In this document: positions 24,025 through 35,460 of the stretch, one piece after another
Layout: every line of letters starts with the position of its first letter
How positions within the stretch are numbered: the stretch's first letter is position 1
Assembly (NCBI GenBank): GCA_964019335.1
Contig: OZ025658.1
Span: forward strand, 186,001 to 250,000
Length of the DNA stretch: 64,000 bases
DNA from: Diplonema japonicum
Lineage: Eukaryota; Protista; Euglenozoa: Diplonemea
Direction: 5' to 3'
The notes under the pieces: model-generated
Told to the model about the DNA's origin: nothing
What the model saw: only the letters and a program-made list of their open reading frames with translations
Databases searched by the model: none
Program-made: the position numbers and the translations under genes

Positions 24025-25215
24025 TCACTTCTTTCTCCCCCAAATAATCGCTTCGGTTTGTTTCAAAATAGTCCGGAGATACTCGTCCTCCCAATCTTGT
24101 TTTTCGTGCTCGTGCACCAGGCGGGACAGCATGGAGTACCCCGGACCAAGGGAACCCACCGCCTTTGCAAGCTTCTGTGAAACGGTCGATATCTTACACT
24201 TCACCACATTCTTCATCACAAACACTTTAGCATCAGCATAGCCGTCGTCTACCCGCACCACGATAGGTTCAAGTTTGTTGGCAGCATGTTTTGGAGAGTC
24301 TTGTAGAACTCGTAGTTCAGTCTTTGGCACAGTGTACATCACCCCAAGCGTAGCGGCAGTAGGGTCCTTAACAATGGTGAGGTGCATTGAAGGGTTTGCC
24401 ACCGAACCGTAATCCGTTGTATCCTGTCCGAAAAATGCAGACTGATACCCATCCAAGGTGCAAATTGCAACATCTGTGTACGTAAAACCAGGTTTCCACA
24501 TATCAGTTCAAAACAGAATAATTGCTCTGAATCGTTGTTGATCCTCGACACTCTCACGGGTTGTGCCTCTGGAGGGCCTGCTTTGTGTATGTGCGATTTA
24601 CCAATTTCATGTGACGGGAGGTTTAACTCCGGTATCCATTTTTGGCAGGGTTCGCAGAATACAGATTTTGCCTTGTTGCGTTCGGCGAGCTTTGTAATTT
24701 CGAGTTCTTGCTGGACGAATTCTTCGTCTTCTGTGAAACCTGATTCGGTTAATGCTGTTTTGTGGGCTTCCATGGCCACGTGGCTGTTGAAGGCGAAGGC
24801 GTGGACAAGGCGTTTGCATGCATTGCAGTCGTATACAATATCAGAATCCTTGATGAGTTTTACGTAGAGGCACCTGTCGTTGGGGAGCTGGTTGGACACG
24901 TGGAGGTCTTCGTACTCCGCTAGGCGTTTTTGTTTCTTTTTCGCTTTTTGCTCGTGGCATTTTCTTTTTCTGTTTTCCTTGGCCTGCTGGATCTCCTCGT
25001 CGCCCTTCGCACGCAGGTAGCTCATCAACCCCTCCGGGACATCGACACCCAGCGTTTTGTATTTCTTGGATTGCAAGTGCGAAATGGTAGTGAGCGCCGT
25101 ATGGAGCTGGATGGATTTTTTTTTCCCCCTCCCATACCGTCATATTTGTCGCCTTTACGTAATACTCACCATTTTGACAAGTAAATATTATGTTGTCACA
25201 ATTTTCAAACGGCAT
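24025..25215 (-). pseudogene. Zinc finger-ChaC-like paralogue with a 1-nt frameshift near 24509 (pseudogene or assembly error); intron 25107-25137
   Basis: Collinear similarity to the 20256..21535 gene. One extra G restores ...LFCFGTDMWKPG. Confidence 0.7.
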
Positions 25216-25944
25216 TTTTTTTTTTTTTTTTGTGTGTGTTTTTTTTTTTTTTACTTTTTTACTTAGGAGGATTGGGAGGGGGGTTTTTTTAAAAAAAAAG
25301 GGGGGGGAGGGGGGAAAATTTTTCTTGGTGCAAAAAAAATATACCTCGTTTTTTTTTTTTGTCTCGTTCTTTTCCTCACAAAACCCTTTTCTTTTTTTTT
25401 TCCTCCGCCTCCCCTTTCCTTTTTTTCCCCTCTTTTTTTTATCAACACCCCCTCTTCCCGTGTTGTGGACAGCACGCTATATTTATTTTTTTTTGGGGGG
25501 GGGGCAAGTAAAAAAAAGAGAACGATCACGTTGCTTGTAGTCCAGGCAAAAACTTCTTTCTTAAAAAAAGGCGGGGGAAAAAAAAAACACTCAAAAAAAA
25601 ATCCTTTAGAAAAAAAAGAAAAAAAAAAACCACCCCACCGCTTACGAGCGGGTACTGATCCCCCCCACCCCTTCCTGCTTTCTCACCCCTATTCTTTTTT
25701 TTTTCTTTCTTTCCTGTTCGCTTACGCATTCTAGGGACTGGGAAAGTGTAGGGGGGAAAAGGGGAGCACATAAAAAAAAAGGGAAAAAAAAGAAAAAAAA
25801 CCGGATTAGCTCAGATGACTTACCAGACCACCGGACCAGAAGGGGGCACATAAAAAAAGAGAAATGGGGGGGGGGGGGAGGGGGTAAAAAAAAAGCGGGG
25901 GTAAAAAAAGATTACTGAACAGGCCCTACGGTCTGTGTGAGTTG

Positions 25945-27069
25945 TTATAATGTAGTTAAGCAACATACGAGGTGGAGATATTTGCATGTGTTGCCTGCCC
26001 GGCAAGAACCGGCCCGAAAGTGGGTGCACGCAGCCTGGAAAAAAAAGTTTTTTTTAAAAGATTTTCAAAAAAAAAACCCGATCGATTGCGGTGCGCTGGT
26101 TGGTGCCCACCGTGGACTGGGGGACCTACACGTGCTTGTCACCATTCTGCGGTGCCGGCCGTCGGGGTTTGCCTTTCAGTCATGGATGGCATCTGCACTA
26201 AGAACATCGGCTGCAGCCCTCTAAGTAGGGAGTAGGGAGAAGGTTTGGGCGGACGAGAACAGGGGTCTCTTGTCGTAGCCATGCGTCGCTGGTGCACCCA
26301 GGTTCCTCAGGTAGTGTGTACTGCAGGAGCGCGGCTTTTCACTCTAATAAATCGCTCTTCCCACTACTTCGTTCCCCTACAAGTACTTCTTTGCTCCAAG
26401 GTATCACCTCAGACCTCGTAGCAAAGGTAGCACTTCCTTCGCGCCTAGCGCCAGCCCTTCTCTTTTCACCCCCGCGGACACGTTCTCCTGCTGTGCTTGC
26501 CTTGCAGGGGCACTCTCCCATAGCGCGTGCTCCGTCGTGCCGCTTGGTGGTCGACATCACATGTGAGCTTCTGTCATCTTCTTGCTCACACCACCGTGAA
26601 TATTGCTCCACAGATGACCCTCCTGGAAAAAAAAGAAAAATTATACCTGTGGCCTTGCGTCCTGCCACTTAGATGCAGCGTTGGTCCCATAATATTCAAC
26701 AAAGCCTTCGATTGTGTAAGGATTGCCTTCGTCCATCCGCTTCTCAGGGGGGGCCATGTCCCACTGAGCTGTCCCACCGTAGAAGTCGATAAACTCTGCC
26801 CTTGTATAATACGTCCCGTCAGCATCCGCCTTTCTTTCCTCCACAGCCATAGGGTTTTCGACCCACTCAGGCTCTTGCCCCGTGCTGTTAAGAAAATGAA
26901 GCATTTCTTGTTCCATTCTGCTGTCTAGCTGTCCCCCATCTGCTGTAATTCCCTGCGGGACCACGCTTTCGGGGTCGCACTCTGCTTCTAGTTGATTGGC
27001 GAATTCATCGGCTCCCTCCTCTTCTGCGATTTGGTCCAAGAGCCACTTCTCTTCCTCTTCTGTTAACAT
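25945..27069 (-). CDS. Protein with two ExRxDxxGxxYTxxxFxxxYG repeats and a CCCH zinc finger; join(25945..26034,26647..27069); 3' end uncertain
   Basis: Intron 26035-26646 joins ..ARPQ in frame to AACTHFRAGSCRAGNTCKYLH (C-x7-C-x5-C-x3-H). Confidence 0.75.
26077..26626 (-). mobile_element. Decayed 5'-truncated LINE remnant in the intron T-tract
   Basis: Fragmentary peptides RRVICGAIFT, EHALWE, LRNLGAPATHGYDKRP and PQNGD match the LINEs at 48.6 and 55 kb. T-runs flank both ends. Confidence 0.75.
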
Positions 27070-27845
27070 GCTACTTATTTACCTACTATGAAAAAAAAAG
27101 ATTTCTTTTGTAAAGCAAAAAAAGAAATGGAAAAAAAGGGAAGAAAGGGAGGGGGGGGGGGGGGGAACAACGGTGAGAAGATGGAGAAAAAAAAAACAAA
27201 AAAAAAGAAGAAAATAAAAAGGAGAGCTGTGTGATATATAAAAAAAAAATTAGCGCGTCTTCCTTTTTTTCTTTCTTTTTTCCTTTTTCCCCCCCTCTTA
27301 TAAAGGGAGAGGATGATTTTTTTTTTTTTTTTTTTTTTTTTGCGGCAAAAAAATAGGGGGAAAAGGGGGGAAAATCAGCACCGAGGGGGAAAAAAAAGGG
27401 GGGGGAAATACCAACCCTTCAGAGTTTTTCTTCCCGCCCCCCTTTCTTTTTCCTATATTCGGCAGACTTTGCGGATGTCCACTTTCCCCTCCTTCCTCAT
27501 TTCTTTCCCCTTTTTTTTGCCGCGGTACTTTAGAAAAGCTCACTTCGGTCTTTTTTCTTTTTCTCCTCTTCTTCTTTTCTTTTTCTTTCTTTTTTTTTTT
27601 TTCCATTTCTTTTGTTTTCTTTTTTTTTTGCAGTCATGATGCTAGGCTCTCGTGTGTTTTAAAAACTAGGGAGGGGTTACTTTGAAATAAAGTCAAAGAT
27701 TATGGGGGGGGGGGGTAGATTTTCAAAAAAAAACGATAAAGTGGTTTATTAATAAAGCACTGAGAGAGAGTACATAGAAAAAAAAATTTAAAAAGGGCAA
27801 AGGCAAAAGGCGAGAAGAGGAAAAGAAGAAAAACATGACACAAAG

Positions 27846-27870
27846 AATTCTCAGCTGCTGAGGGTTTCAT
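27846..27870 (-). promoter_or_regulatory. 25-nt motif conserved downstream of both NOX/FRE copies (copy B)
   Basis: AATTCTCAGCTGCTGAGGGTTTCAT is identical at 34186-34210, in otherwise diverged flanks. Confidence 0.5.
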
Positions 27871-29431
27871 CCTGTGCACTATTTTCTTTTTTTCCCCCCC
27901 TTCTTTTATTTTCCTTTTTTCTTTACAAACCTCCTCCAATCCCGCAGAAGGCTTTGTCCTTTTTCTTCTTCTTTTAAAAAAAAAAAGTTATATAGGCCCA
28001 CGAGAGGGTAGCCATTCCTGGCATCAAGACTGCGAAAATAAAGAAAATTCTTTTTTTTTGCCATGGAAAAAAAAAAAAAGGGCTTTTTTTGAAGAGGGGG
28101 AAAAAAAAAAGAAATGGTTTAAAAAAAAAAGGGCATAGAGGGAGCGGCACGTCTGAGCGTAACTAAAGGAAAAGAAAAAATATAAGAAGCTACGATTGGG
28201 GAAGAATAAAATCTTGGTGGGAAAAGGCAAAAAAGATTTTAAAAAAAAAGGGAAAGGACACATGTATGAGTCTCCTTTACTCTCTCTCTTTTTTTGATTC
28301 CCCTTCTCCCTGTGTGTGTTTTTCCTCCCCTCCGTATCCGGCAACTGCTGTTTTTTTTTTTTCTTTTTCCCTTGATTGTTCTTTTTACCGCTCAGAAACC
28401 TTGATTTCGATTAGTGAAAACAAATATGCCGATGCTACCCTCCTTCCTCCTTTTTTTTTTTTTTTTGTGAACAAAAAAAAGGATGTAGAAGAAATAAAAA
28501 AAAAGAAAAAAAGCAGGATTATTAAAATATCCAATAAAAGAGAGGGAAGAGAAAGGTAGGATAAAAGTAAAAGAAATATAAAAAAGGCCACTGTATAAAA
28601 TGCCATCCGAAAAGAGTGGGAGGGAAAAAAGAGTTAAAAAACGAAAGGGCAAAAAAAAATATTTAGAGGAAGAAAAAAAAGGGGGGGGGAATCGTAAAAA
28701 GAAATAAAAAGAATGTAAATCGGAAAAGAAAAAAAAAAAGAAGAAGCTCAATAGTGCTTCATGCATGTTTTCTTTTTTTTATTTTGGTGCAACAATCAAG
28801 TTAAAACTGTGAGTTTTTTTTTAAAAAAAAAAAGATTTTTGTTTTACATCAAACTTTCTAAATTCTCATTCACCATCTTCTTTGCCCCCCCTCAGGCCTT
28901 TTTTCCCCAATTCTCTTCTACCCCTAAAAGATTTTTAAATTCCTTGTTTTCAAATCTCTTTTTTTTCTTCCCCCTCTTCAATTTCTACCAACAACCTGCT
29001 GGTAGGGAGGCAAATGAAAAAAACGAGAAAGAAAAAAAAAACGGGGTGGGAACCAAGGTGAATGCAGATTATATATTAAGAAACTGGAAAAAAAAAATTA
29101 AAAAAAATAACAAATGTGGCCTTTACTTTTCAAGATCTTTTTGTCATAATATATCTTGGTCTTTGTAAGTTGTTTTTTTTTTTTTTTTCCCCAACAAAAA
29201 AGTAGTGTGACCCGGTAGAGCGTAAGTTACTTTTTAGTTGAAATTCATGAAGGAGGTGGAGGGAAAAGGGATAAGAAAACTTTAAACACGTGGGGGGGGG
29301 GGGGGGGAAGAAATTCAATCAATAGATTAAAGGAGCAACAAGCTTGCGGTACTTTCATTACATTCCATTTTGTGTTTATACGAAATAAGGTTGTGATTCC
29401 AATATTTTTTTTTTCCTCATTCAGTTATCAC

Positions 29432-32400
29432 CTAGAACATGAAGACCTCCTTGTGGAAGTCGAACTTGTGGGCGAAGGCGGCAGCCTCGACGTCGTCGAC
29501 GAGGAGGGCGGGTCCGCAGGCGAAGACGGCTGTCTTCTTCCCGTCGCACTCTGTGAGGAGCTTCTCCCAGTCGGGGCGGCCCGTCTTCAGGGGGAGCTCG
29601 TACACGGGGTCCTCGCCGTCGTCGGATTGCTGCACCTCGAGGTACTCCTTCGTGTTCTCCTTCTCCGTGTTGTGCAGCTCCCACTGGACCTCCGTCCCCG
29701 CCTTCGAGGTCACGGACGCCTTGTGCAGCGCTGCGAGCTCCTTCGAGAAGGGGGCGAACCCTTCCGCCCCGCGGCCCGACCACACCATCGACACCACGCA
29801 GCCTCCCGAACCCTCCACGGGCTCCGTCGCCTTCTTGTTGTTCACCATGTGGTCCACGAAGGCCAGCGCGGGGGTGATCCCCACCCCGCCCGTGCACAGC
29901 ACAATGCGCTCGTACCCGCCCGTCAGGAACGGGAGAGACGGCGCCCCGAACGGTCCCTGCACGCGCACCTTCCAGTCCGGCGACGCCTGCGCCACCAGGT
30001 GCGTGAAGCTCGCCGCCGACGGCCCCATGTCCTTCACGAACAGCGAGAACTCCGTCCTCCCGTCCTCCCTCGCCTCTCCCCTGCTGGCGATGGAGAAGGG
30101 GTGCCACTGCTGCGCGCAGGCTGCCCCCGGGAGCCCGGTCCCGTTGAACGACAGGTTCACGAGCACGTACTGCAGAGGCTCGAAGGTGAAGCCCCTCTTC
30201 GCGATGGTGAGCTTCGTCACCCCCGCACGCGGCTCCACCTTCACCAGGTTCGTCGCGGTGCAGAAGGCCGCCGCGTGGCGCCCGAAGACGTCGATCACGT
30301 ACAGGAAGAGCGGGATCACCATGAAGATCATGAGGGACGGGTAGTGGATCCAAGCGAGGGGGAAGACCACCGCGTACAAGCTGTGCGTCACCACGAACAC
30401 GTACCAGTGGTTCCTGCGCACCCAGCTCAGCGAGGTCACCGCCATCAGCGTCATCGCAATCCAGGCAATGAGACCCGCGAGGGGAGGGCCGTGGGGCCAG
30501 CCGATCGTCCACGCGACCAAGCGCTCCGCCGCCTTGCGCGCAGCGCGGGTGTGCCCCGCCCCGTTGATGTACACCGCGTTCCCCTGGGCATCGTTCCCCG
30601 TGAACGTCCCGAGGAGCCAGTAGCGGTAGTGCGCCACCCACATCCCGAAGCCGTGCACCAGGGTGAGGACCCAGATCCAGCCACCGATCTTCCTGTGGAA
30701 GGCGAGGGCGCGCTCGAACGGGATCCCGAACACCCACAGGAGCAGGCTGTTGCGCGACACGGGAAGCAGCTGCACGCACAGCAGACCCGTCACCACACCG
30801 CCGATCCCACGCGGAATATCCCCGACAAGGTTGTTGATCTCAGAGTGGTTCCACACGTACATGAAGCACAGCAGGCACCACCCGATCAGCCACAGCGACA
30901 TCACCACCTCGCCCCAGCGCAAGCGCAGCGGGATCGGGGAGATCGAGTCGATCTCTTCCAAGGGACCACCGGTCGCGAACGGCTTCACAGGAGAGCCCTG
31001 CACCTTCCCCTTCAGCAGGAACCCCATCACCATCAGGAACAGGAGGAGGCCCACCCAGGCTGCGATGAGCCCCGCGATCGTCGCACCCTTCGACCCCCTC
31101 CACTCGAAGTACAGGTGTCCGCCGCGGGTCTTTCTGTTCCCGTCCTCCATCTTCATCCACACAAAGTACGGGAAGTTCGTGCGCGTGCAGGACTGCTGCC
31201 CGAGACACCCCGCCCCGTCGATGACGCCCCTGGTCCAACCACTACTGCGAGCAACGACGCCACCACTGTCCCCACCACCGTCCCCACCGTCCCCACCAGT
31301 GGTGGTGCCATCACCACCGTCCGCAGCCTGCAGCATGGAACCCAGGCGGTTGTTGGTCGTCGTCGCCGCTGTCGACACCTCTGCCGCGTTAACCACAGGG
31401 TACGAGAGGGCCAGGGGTTGTCCAGAGGCCGGGAGCCCGTCGGCGAAAGCCTCCCCAAGGGGATCCGTCCCCGCAGGCGCCGAGTAGGAGGTGCTGTCGT
31501 ACTGCAGAACGAACTCCACGTACATGGACCCAGCGGTGAGCCCCGTCCGCGTCGTCGTCACGGCACCGGGCTGCGCGGCCCTCCCCAACCTCGTCAGGAT
31601 CTGCGCCCTGTTCTGGCAGGAGGAGGTCGGAACCGCCCCGTTCGCGTCCACCGTGCAGAGCTTGTTCACAACGAGGGTGTACAGGGGCGTGTTGCTGTTG
31701 GTCGTCGTCGTTGACCCACCACCGGTCGTCGTCCCGTCACCACCGTCACCCCCGGTCGTCGTCGTCCCGTCACCACCGTCGGCAGTTGTGTCACCACCAG
31801 TCGCCGTCGTCCCGTCGCCACCGTCGGCAGTTGTGTCACCACCAGTCGCCGTGGTCCCATCGCCAGTCGCCCCGTCACCGTAGTTGGCCGTTGTTCGTGC
31901 AACCCTGCCGTTCGAGTCACCGTCAGCAGTAGTGGTGTCACCACCGTCGGCGGTTGCGGTGTCGCCACCGTCGGCGGTTGTCCCGTCACCGCCACCATCG
32001 GCTCCATCGCCGGTGTTCGTTGCGCCGCCCGAGGTCGGTGTCGTGGTGGTGGTGGACCTCGTCGTCGGTGCGGTGAGGTTGTTGTGAAGGCCTTGGCCTA
32101 CGAACGTAGCGTTCGCGGTGTTCCAGAAACCGTCGTAGGCAGCAGCGAGGAGCGTGTTGTTCGCGAGGAGCGCGGCGAGGTCCCCGGTCACGGTCACCCC
32201 GATCGCGGACGTGTGCAGGACCGCCACCTGCTGCTGCACGGCAACGCTCCCGGCAACGACAGAAAGGCCGCCAAGGGGAAGCGAGTAGTTGTAGTTCGCC
32301 ATCACAGCAGCCACAGCAGCCTGCACGCTGGACGAGGACACCCCCCTCACGGTGAGCTGAAGGTGGGCCCTCCCGGGAGTCGCCGCCGCCTGCAGCACAA

Positions 32401-33787
32401 CAGCAACACCGTGCGTGGTCGTGGCGGGAGGGGTGAGCTTCGTCCCCAGCTCCGTCCCGGTCGAGCACGTGGTCGAGTTGTATGCCCCGTCCTGCCTCCA
32501 GTCGCAGATGCTGCTGATGCTCGTCTGCAGACCGGAGAAGGCCCCGGTCGTCGTCGTCGTCGTCGTCGTCGTCGACCCACTGTCGCCGTCGCCCGCCGTC
32601 GCCGTTCCGTCCCCGCCGTCAGCAGTAGTAGTCCCGTCCCCACCGTCGGCCGTAGTGGTACCGTCCCCACCGTCGGCCGTAGTGGTACCGTCGCCGTCCT
32701 GAGACACACGCCCATGCCTCCTGCTTGCGTCCCCAACAGCGGCGTCCCCGCCATCAGCGGTAGTAGTCCCGTCCCCACCGTCGGCCGTAGTGGTACCGTC
32801 CCCACCGTCGGCCGTAGTAGTCCCGTCACCACCACCGTCAGCGGTCCCCCCCGTGTTCGTGTTCGTGTTCGTAGAGGTGGGTGCGGCGGCCGTGCTGCCT
32901 GTGAGCTGCGTCACGTGCGCAAGGAACTCGTTCGCCACCGTGCGCACAAGCGCGTCGTCCGACCAAAAGGACTCGTAGGTCCCGGCGAGGGTCACGTCAA
33001 CGGAGATGATGGACTGCGGGGCAACAGAGGCGGGGACGGTGGTGACGCGCGGCGCACCGTCAGGGGAGAACCCGTACCCACCGAAGGTCTCGTCGGGGCG
33101 CACAGCGGCCACCGCAACCGTCGCAGCCTGGAACACAGCGTTTGCGTCAGAGCCGGTGAAGTCAATCTCGACGTAGATCTCGCCCACCGCCACCAGCACC
33201 CGTCCGTGTCTCATGTTCCCGTCCCCGTCCGTACCACCGCCGTCAGCAGCCCCATCGGCGCCATCAGCCGTCGCCGCCCCATCCCCACCGTCGGCGGCGT
33301 CCCCGGTGTTGGTGTTGTACGCCTGGGTGATCTGAGCGCGCGACTCGCACGATCCCCAGTTCCCCCAAGCCACAGCCGTCACGTTGCAGATCCTGTCCAC
33401 CACCACAGAGATGCTTCCGGTAGACGAGGAGGTGGTGGTGGTGGTGGTACCGTCACCGTCCGCTCCCGTTGCCCCGTCGGCCCCTGTTGCTCCGTCGGCC
33501 CCTGTGTCGCCGTATTCCAGGGCACGCGCCGTCCTCTTCGTCCCGCCCAACGCGACCCCGAACCTCTGCTCCACCTCCGTCAGGAGAGCCATCAACTTCG
33601 TGTGGTTCGACTGCAGCGTGCTGAACTGCCCTTGGAGCACCAGCCCCACCGTCGCCGTGTTTGTGGTCGCCGAACTAGGCGACGCAGGTCCCAGGTCGGA
33701 ACGCTCAACCCGCACAATCCCCGCAATGAAGAACCCTATCCACATCCCCAGCAGGATGAGGGCTGGTATCAGCTTTAGTGCTGCCAT
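29432..33787 (-). CDS. Ferric reductase/NADPH oxidase-family protein with a large Thr/Gly/Asp-repeat N-terminal ectodomain (copy B, 1451 aa)
   Basis: Haem His pairs (FHR..H, H..H), HPFSI, GPFG, GGVGITP, CGP and a terminal FHKEVF; N-terminal signal/TM segment. Confidence 0.93.
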   Translation of the reverse strand: MAALKLIPALILLGMWIGFFIAGIVRVERSDLGPASPSSATTNTATVGLVLQGQFSTLQSNHTKLMALLTEVEQRFGVALGGTKRTARALEYGDTGADGATGADGATGADGDGTTTTTTSSSTGSISVVVDRICNVTAVAWGNWGSCESRAQITQAYNTNTGDAADGGDGAATADGADGAADGGGTDGDGNMRHGRVLVAVGEIYVEIDFTGSDANAVFQAATVAVAAVRPDETFGGYGFSPDGAPRVTTVPASVAPQSIISVDVTLAGTYESFWSDDALVRTVANEFLAHVTQLTGSTAAAPTSTNTNTNTGGTADGGGDGTTTADGGDGTTTADGGDGTTTADGGDAAVGDASRRHGRVSQDGDGTTTADGGDGTTTADGGDGTTTADGGDGTATAGDGDSGSTTTTTTTTTGAFSGLQTSISSICDWRQDGAYNSTTCSTGTELGTKLTPPATTTHGVAVVLQAAATPGRAHLQLTVRGVSSSSVQAAVAAVMANYNYSLPLGGLSVVAGSVAVQQQVAVLHTSAIGVTVTGDLAALLANNTLLAAAYDGFWNTANATFVGQGLHNNLTAPTTRSTTTTTPTSGGATNTGDGADGGGDGTTADGGDTATADGGDTTTADGDSNGRVARTTANYGDGATGDGTTATGGDTTADGGDGTTATGGDTTADGGDGTTTTGGDGGDGTTTGGGSTTTTNSNTPLYTLVVNKLCTVDANGAVPTSSCQNRAQILTRLGRAAQPGAVTTTRTGLTAGSMYVEFVLQYDSTSYSAPAGTDPLGEAFADGLPASGQPLALSYPVVNAAEVSTAATTTNNRLGSMLQAADGGDGTTTGGDGGDGGGDSGGVVARSSGWTRGVIDGAGCLGQQSCTRTNFPYFVWMKMEDGNRKTRGGHLYFEWRGSKGATIAGLIAAWVGLLLFLMVMGFLLKGKVQGSPVKPFATGGPLEEIDSISPIPLRLRWGEVVMSLWLIGWCLLCFMYVWNHSEINNLVGDIPRGIGGVVTGLLCVQLLPVSRNSLLLWVFGIPFERALAFHRKIGGWIWVLTLVHGFGMWVAHYRYWLLGTFTGNDAQGNAVYINGAGHTRAARKAAERLVAWTIGWPHGPPLAGLIAWIAMTLMAVTSLSWVRRNHWYVFVVTHSLYAVVFPLAWIHYPSLMIFMVIPLFLYVIDVFGRHAAAFCTATNLVKVEPRAGVTKLTIAKRGFTFEPLQYVLVNLSFNGTGLPGAACAQQWHPFSIASRGEAREDGRTEFSLFVKDMGPSAASFTHLVAQASPDWKVRVQGPFGAPSLPFLTGGYERIVLCTGGVGITPALAFVDHMVNNKKATEPVEGSGGCVVSMVWSGRGAEGFAPFSKELAALHKASVTSKAGTEVQWELHNTEKENTKEYLEVQQSDDGEDPVYELPLKTGRPDWEKLLTECDGKKTAVFACGPALLVDDVEAAAFAHKFDFHKEVFMF

Positions 33788-34185
33788 TGGTCACTACTTC
33801 TCTCTCTCTCTCTCTTTTTTTTTCTTTGTGTTGTTTTTTTTTTTTTTGAAAAGAAGTTTCAAAAAAAAAAAGAAAAACCTGTTTTATTTTATTCTATATT
33901 TGGTGAGGGAGGGGAGAAAATATAAACGAATATAATTTTGGGAGGGACGACAAGAAGAAGAAGATGAAGATGAAGATGAAGAGGAAGAGGGGGGGAGGGG
34001 GGGGAAAGAAAAAGAGATGGAAAAGTGAGGAGGAGAAGAAAAATAAAAAGGGAGAGAATGAAAATAGAGAAATAAGAAAGAAAAGAGAGAGAAAAAGAGA
34101 ATATTATTTGTAGGAAGGGGACACAAAGAAGAAAGGTAGAAGAAGAAGAAGGTTTATTTCTTTTGAGGAGAGGGAAAGAGAAGAA

Positions 34186-34210
34186 AATTCTCAGCTGCTG
34201 AGGGTTTCAT
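34186..34210 (-). promoter_or_regulatory. 25-nt motif conserved downstream of both NOX/FRE copies (copy A)
   Basis: Identical to 27846-27870. Confidence 0.5.
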
Positions 34211-35460
34211 TTTATTTTATTACCTCTCCCCTTCCCTTACTTCTTTTACCTGACTGTTTTCGTTTTGTGTTTCCTCCAAACCTTTTTTTTTTTTTTTTTT
34301 TTTTCCTTTTTTTTTTCCTCTTTTTCTTTTTGCTAATTCTCTGCATTTTCCTTTAATTCTTTTCTCTCTCTTTCTATACAGTGCATTCTTGCTACTCCTT
34401 TACTTTCTTCCTGTATACAACCTTTTTTTTTCTCTCTTTTAAAAGTATATCAGTTCAACGGGGGTGCCATTCCGCATTACGTAAAAAAAAAAAAAAAAGA
34501 AAAAAGCAAAAAGCAAAAGAAAAAAAAAGAAAAAGAAATTGCTGAATAGAAAAGACAACAAGGACCACTTGTATATAGCCTTCCAGAGACAAGACAAAGG
34601 AGGGGGGAGGGAAAGGGGAACTGGCCGTTGTTTTGCCATTGTGTGTTCCCTTTTTTGCTTAGACAAAAAGAAAGAAAGAAAGAATGAAAGAAAGACAAAC
34701 ATACAAAAAAGAAAAAAAAAAGAAGAAGAAGAAAAGAGAAGATAGACATGGTTTGCATAAGAAACGTATACAAGTATACAAGTCTTCTTTCTTCTTCTTC
34801 TTCTTCTTCTTCTTCTTCTTCTTTTTTGCGTGATAAACAGCTTACACCTTCGCTTTTCTTTTATTTCTTTCTTTCTTTCTTTTTTTTTTTTTTTTTTTTT
34901 TTGTTGTTGTTGTTCTTCTTCCCCAAAAATGTCCTGTGCACTGCCAACAACCTTTGTTGGCAGGGAAGGCAAAATTAAATTTGAAAGAGAAAAAAAAAAG
35001 GGAGGGGAGGGAACAGGGGGGGATGTGGTCCAAGTTCTTTGTGTACAAATTCAGGCAAATAGAAATAAACGGAGAGAGGAGAGCTAAATTAATATCTTAC
35101 TTTAAGAAGAAAAAGAAAACAGATCAAAAGCTGTGTAATATGGAAATACAAATTTTTAGGAGAAATAAGGCTTAAGAAGGGGATAAGAAGAAAGGGAAAA
35201 GAAGAAGAAGAAAAGGGGTAAGGGTATCACCTAGAATCAAGTCTGCACATATATGGCAGAATCGCTTTCGGCTTGGGGTTGTCGGGAGAGAAAGCAAATA
35301 GTGCAATTGGTCTCCCTTTTTTTGTCACCCTGTAAAAACAACAGCTTTTCCCTTCTGCCTCATTCAATCTTAAAGCTCCTATATAGCGGTCAGCTTTTTC
35401 AAAAAAAAAAAAAAAAGTAGAGATGGTTGTTAAATATTTTGTTGTTTTCTTGTGGAAACC

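Noticed and set aside
25917-25930. 14-mer GAACAGGCCCTACG also found in ribozyme 2 J1/2
   Set aside because: A match of this length is expected by chance in 64 kb and does not extend.
26623-26646. Apparent 24-nt micro-intron
   Set aside because: The downstream sequence is a LINE remnant; the acceptor at 26035 gives a CCCH finger and is more credible.
27846-27870. SECIS or IRE interpretation of the conserved UTR motif
   Set aside because: There is no in-frame UGA, no SECIS geometry, and the loop is CAG rather than CAGUGN.
27100-29400. Many K/F-rich small ORFs in intergenic DNA (also 33.9-35.2 kb and 62.2-64 kb)
   Set aside because: They are translations of poly(A)/poly(T) tracts.
31700-33500. 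27- to 48-nt tandem repeats as a CRISPR array or satellite
   Set aside because: They are in-frame coding repeats (DGGDGTTTA) with no unique spacers.
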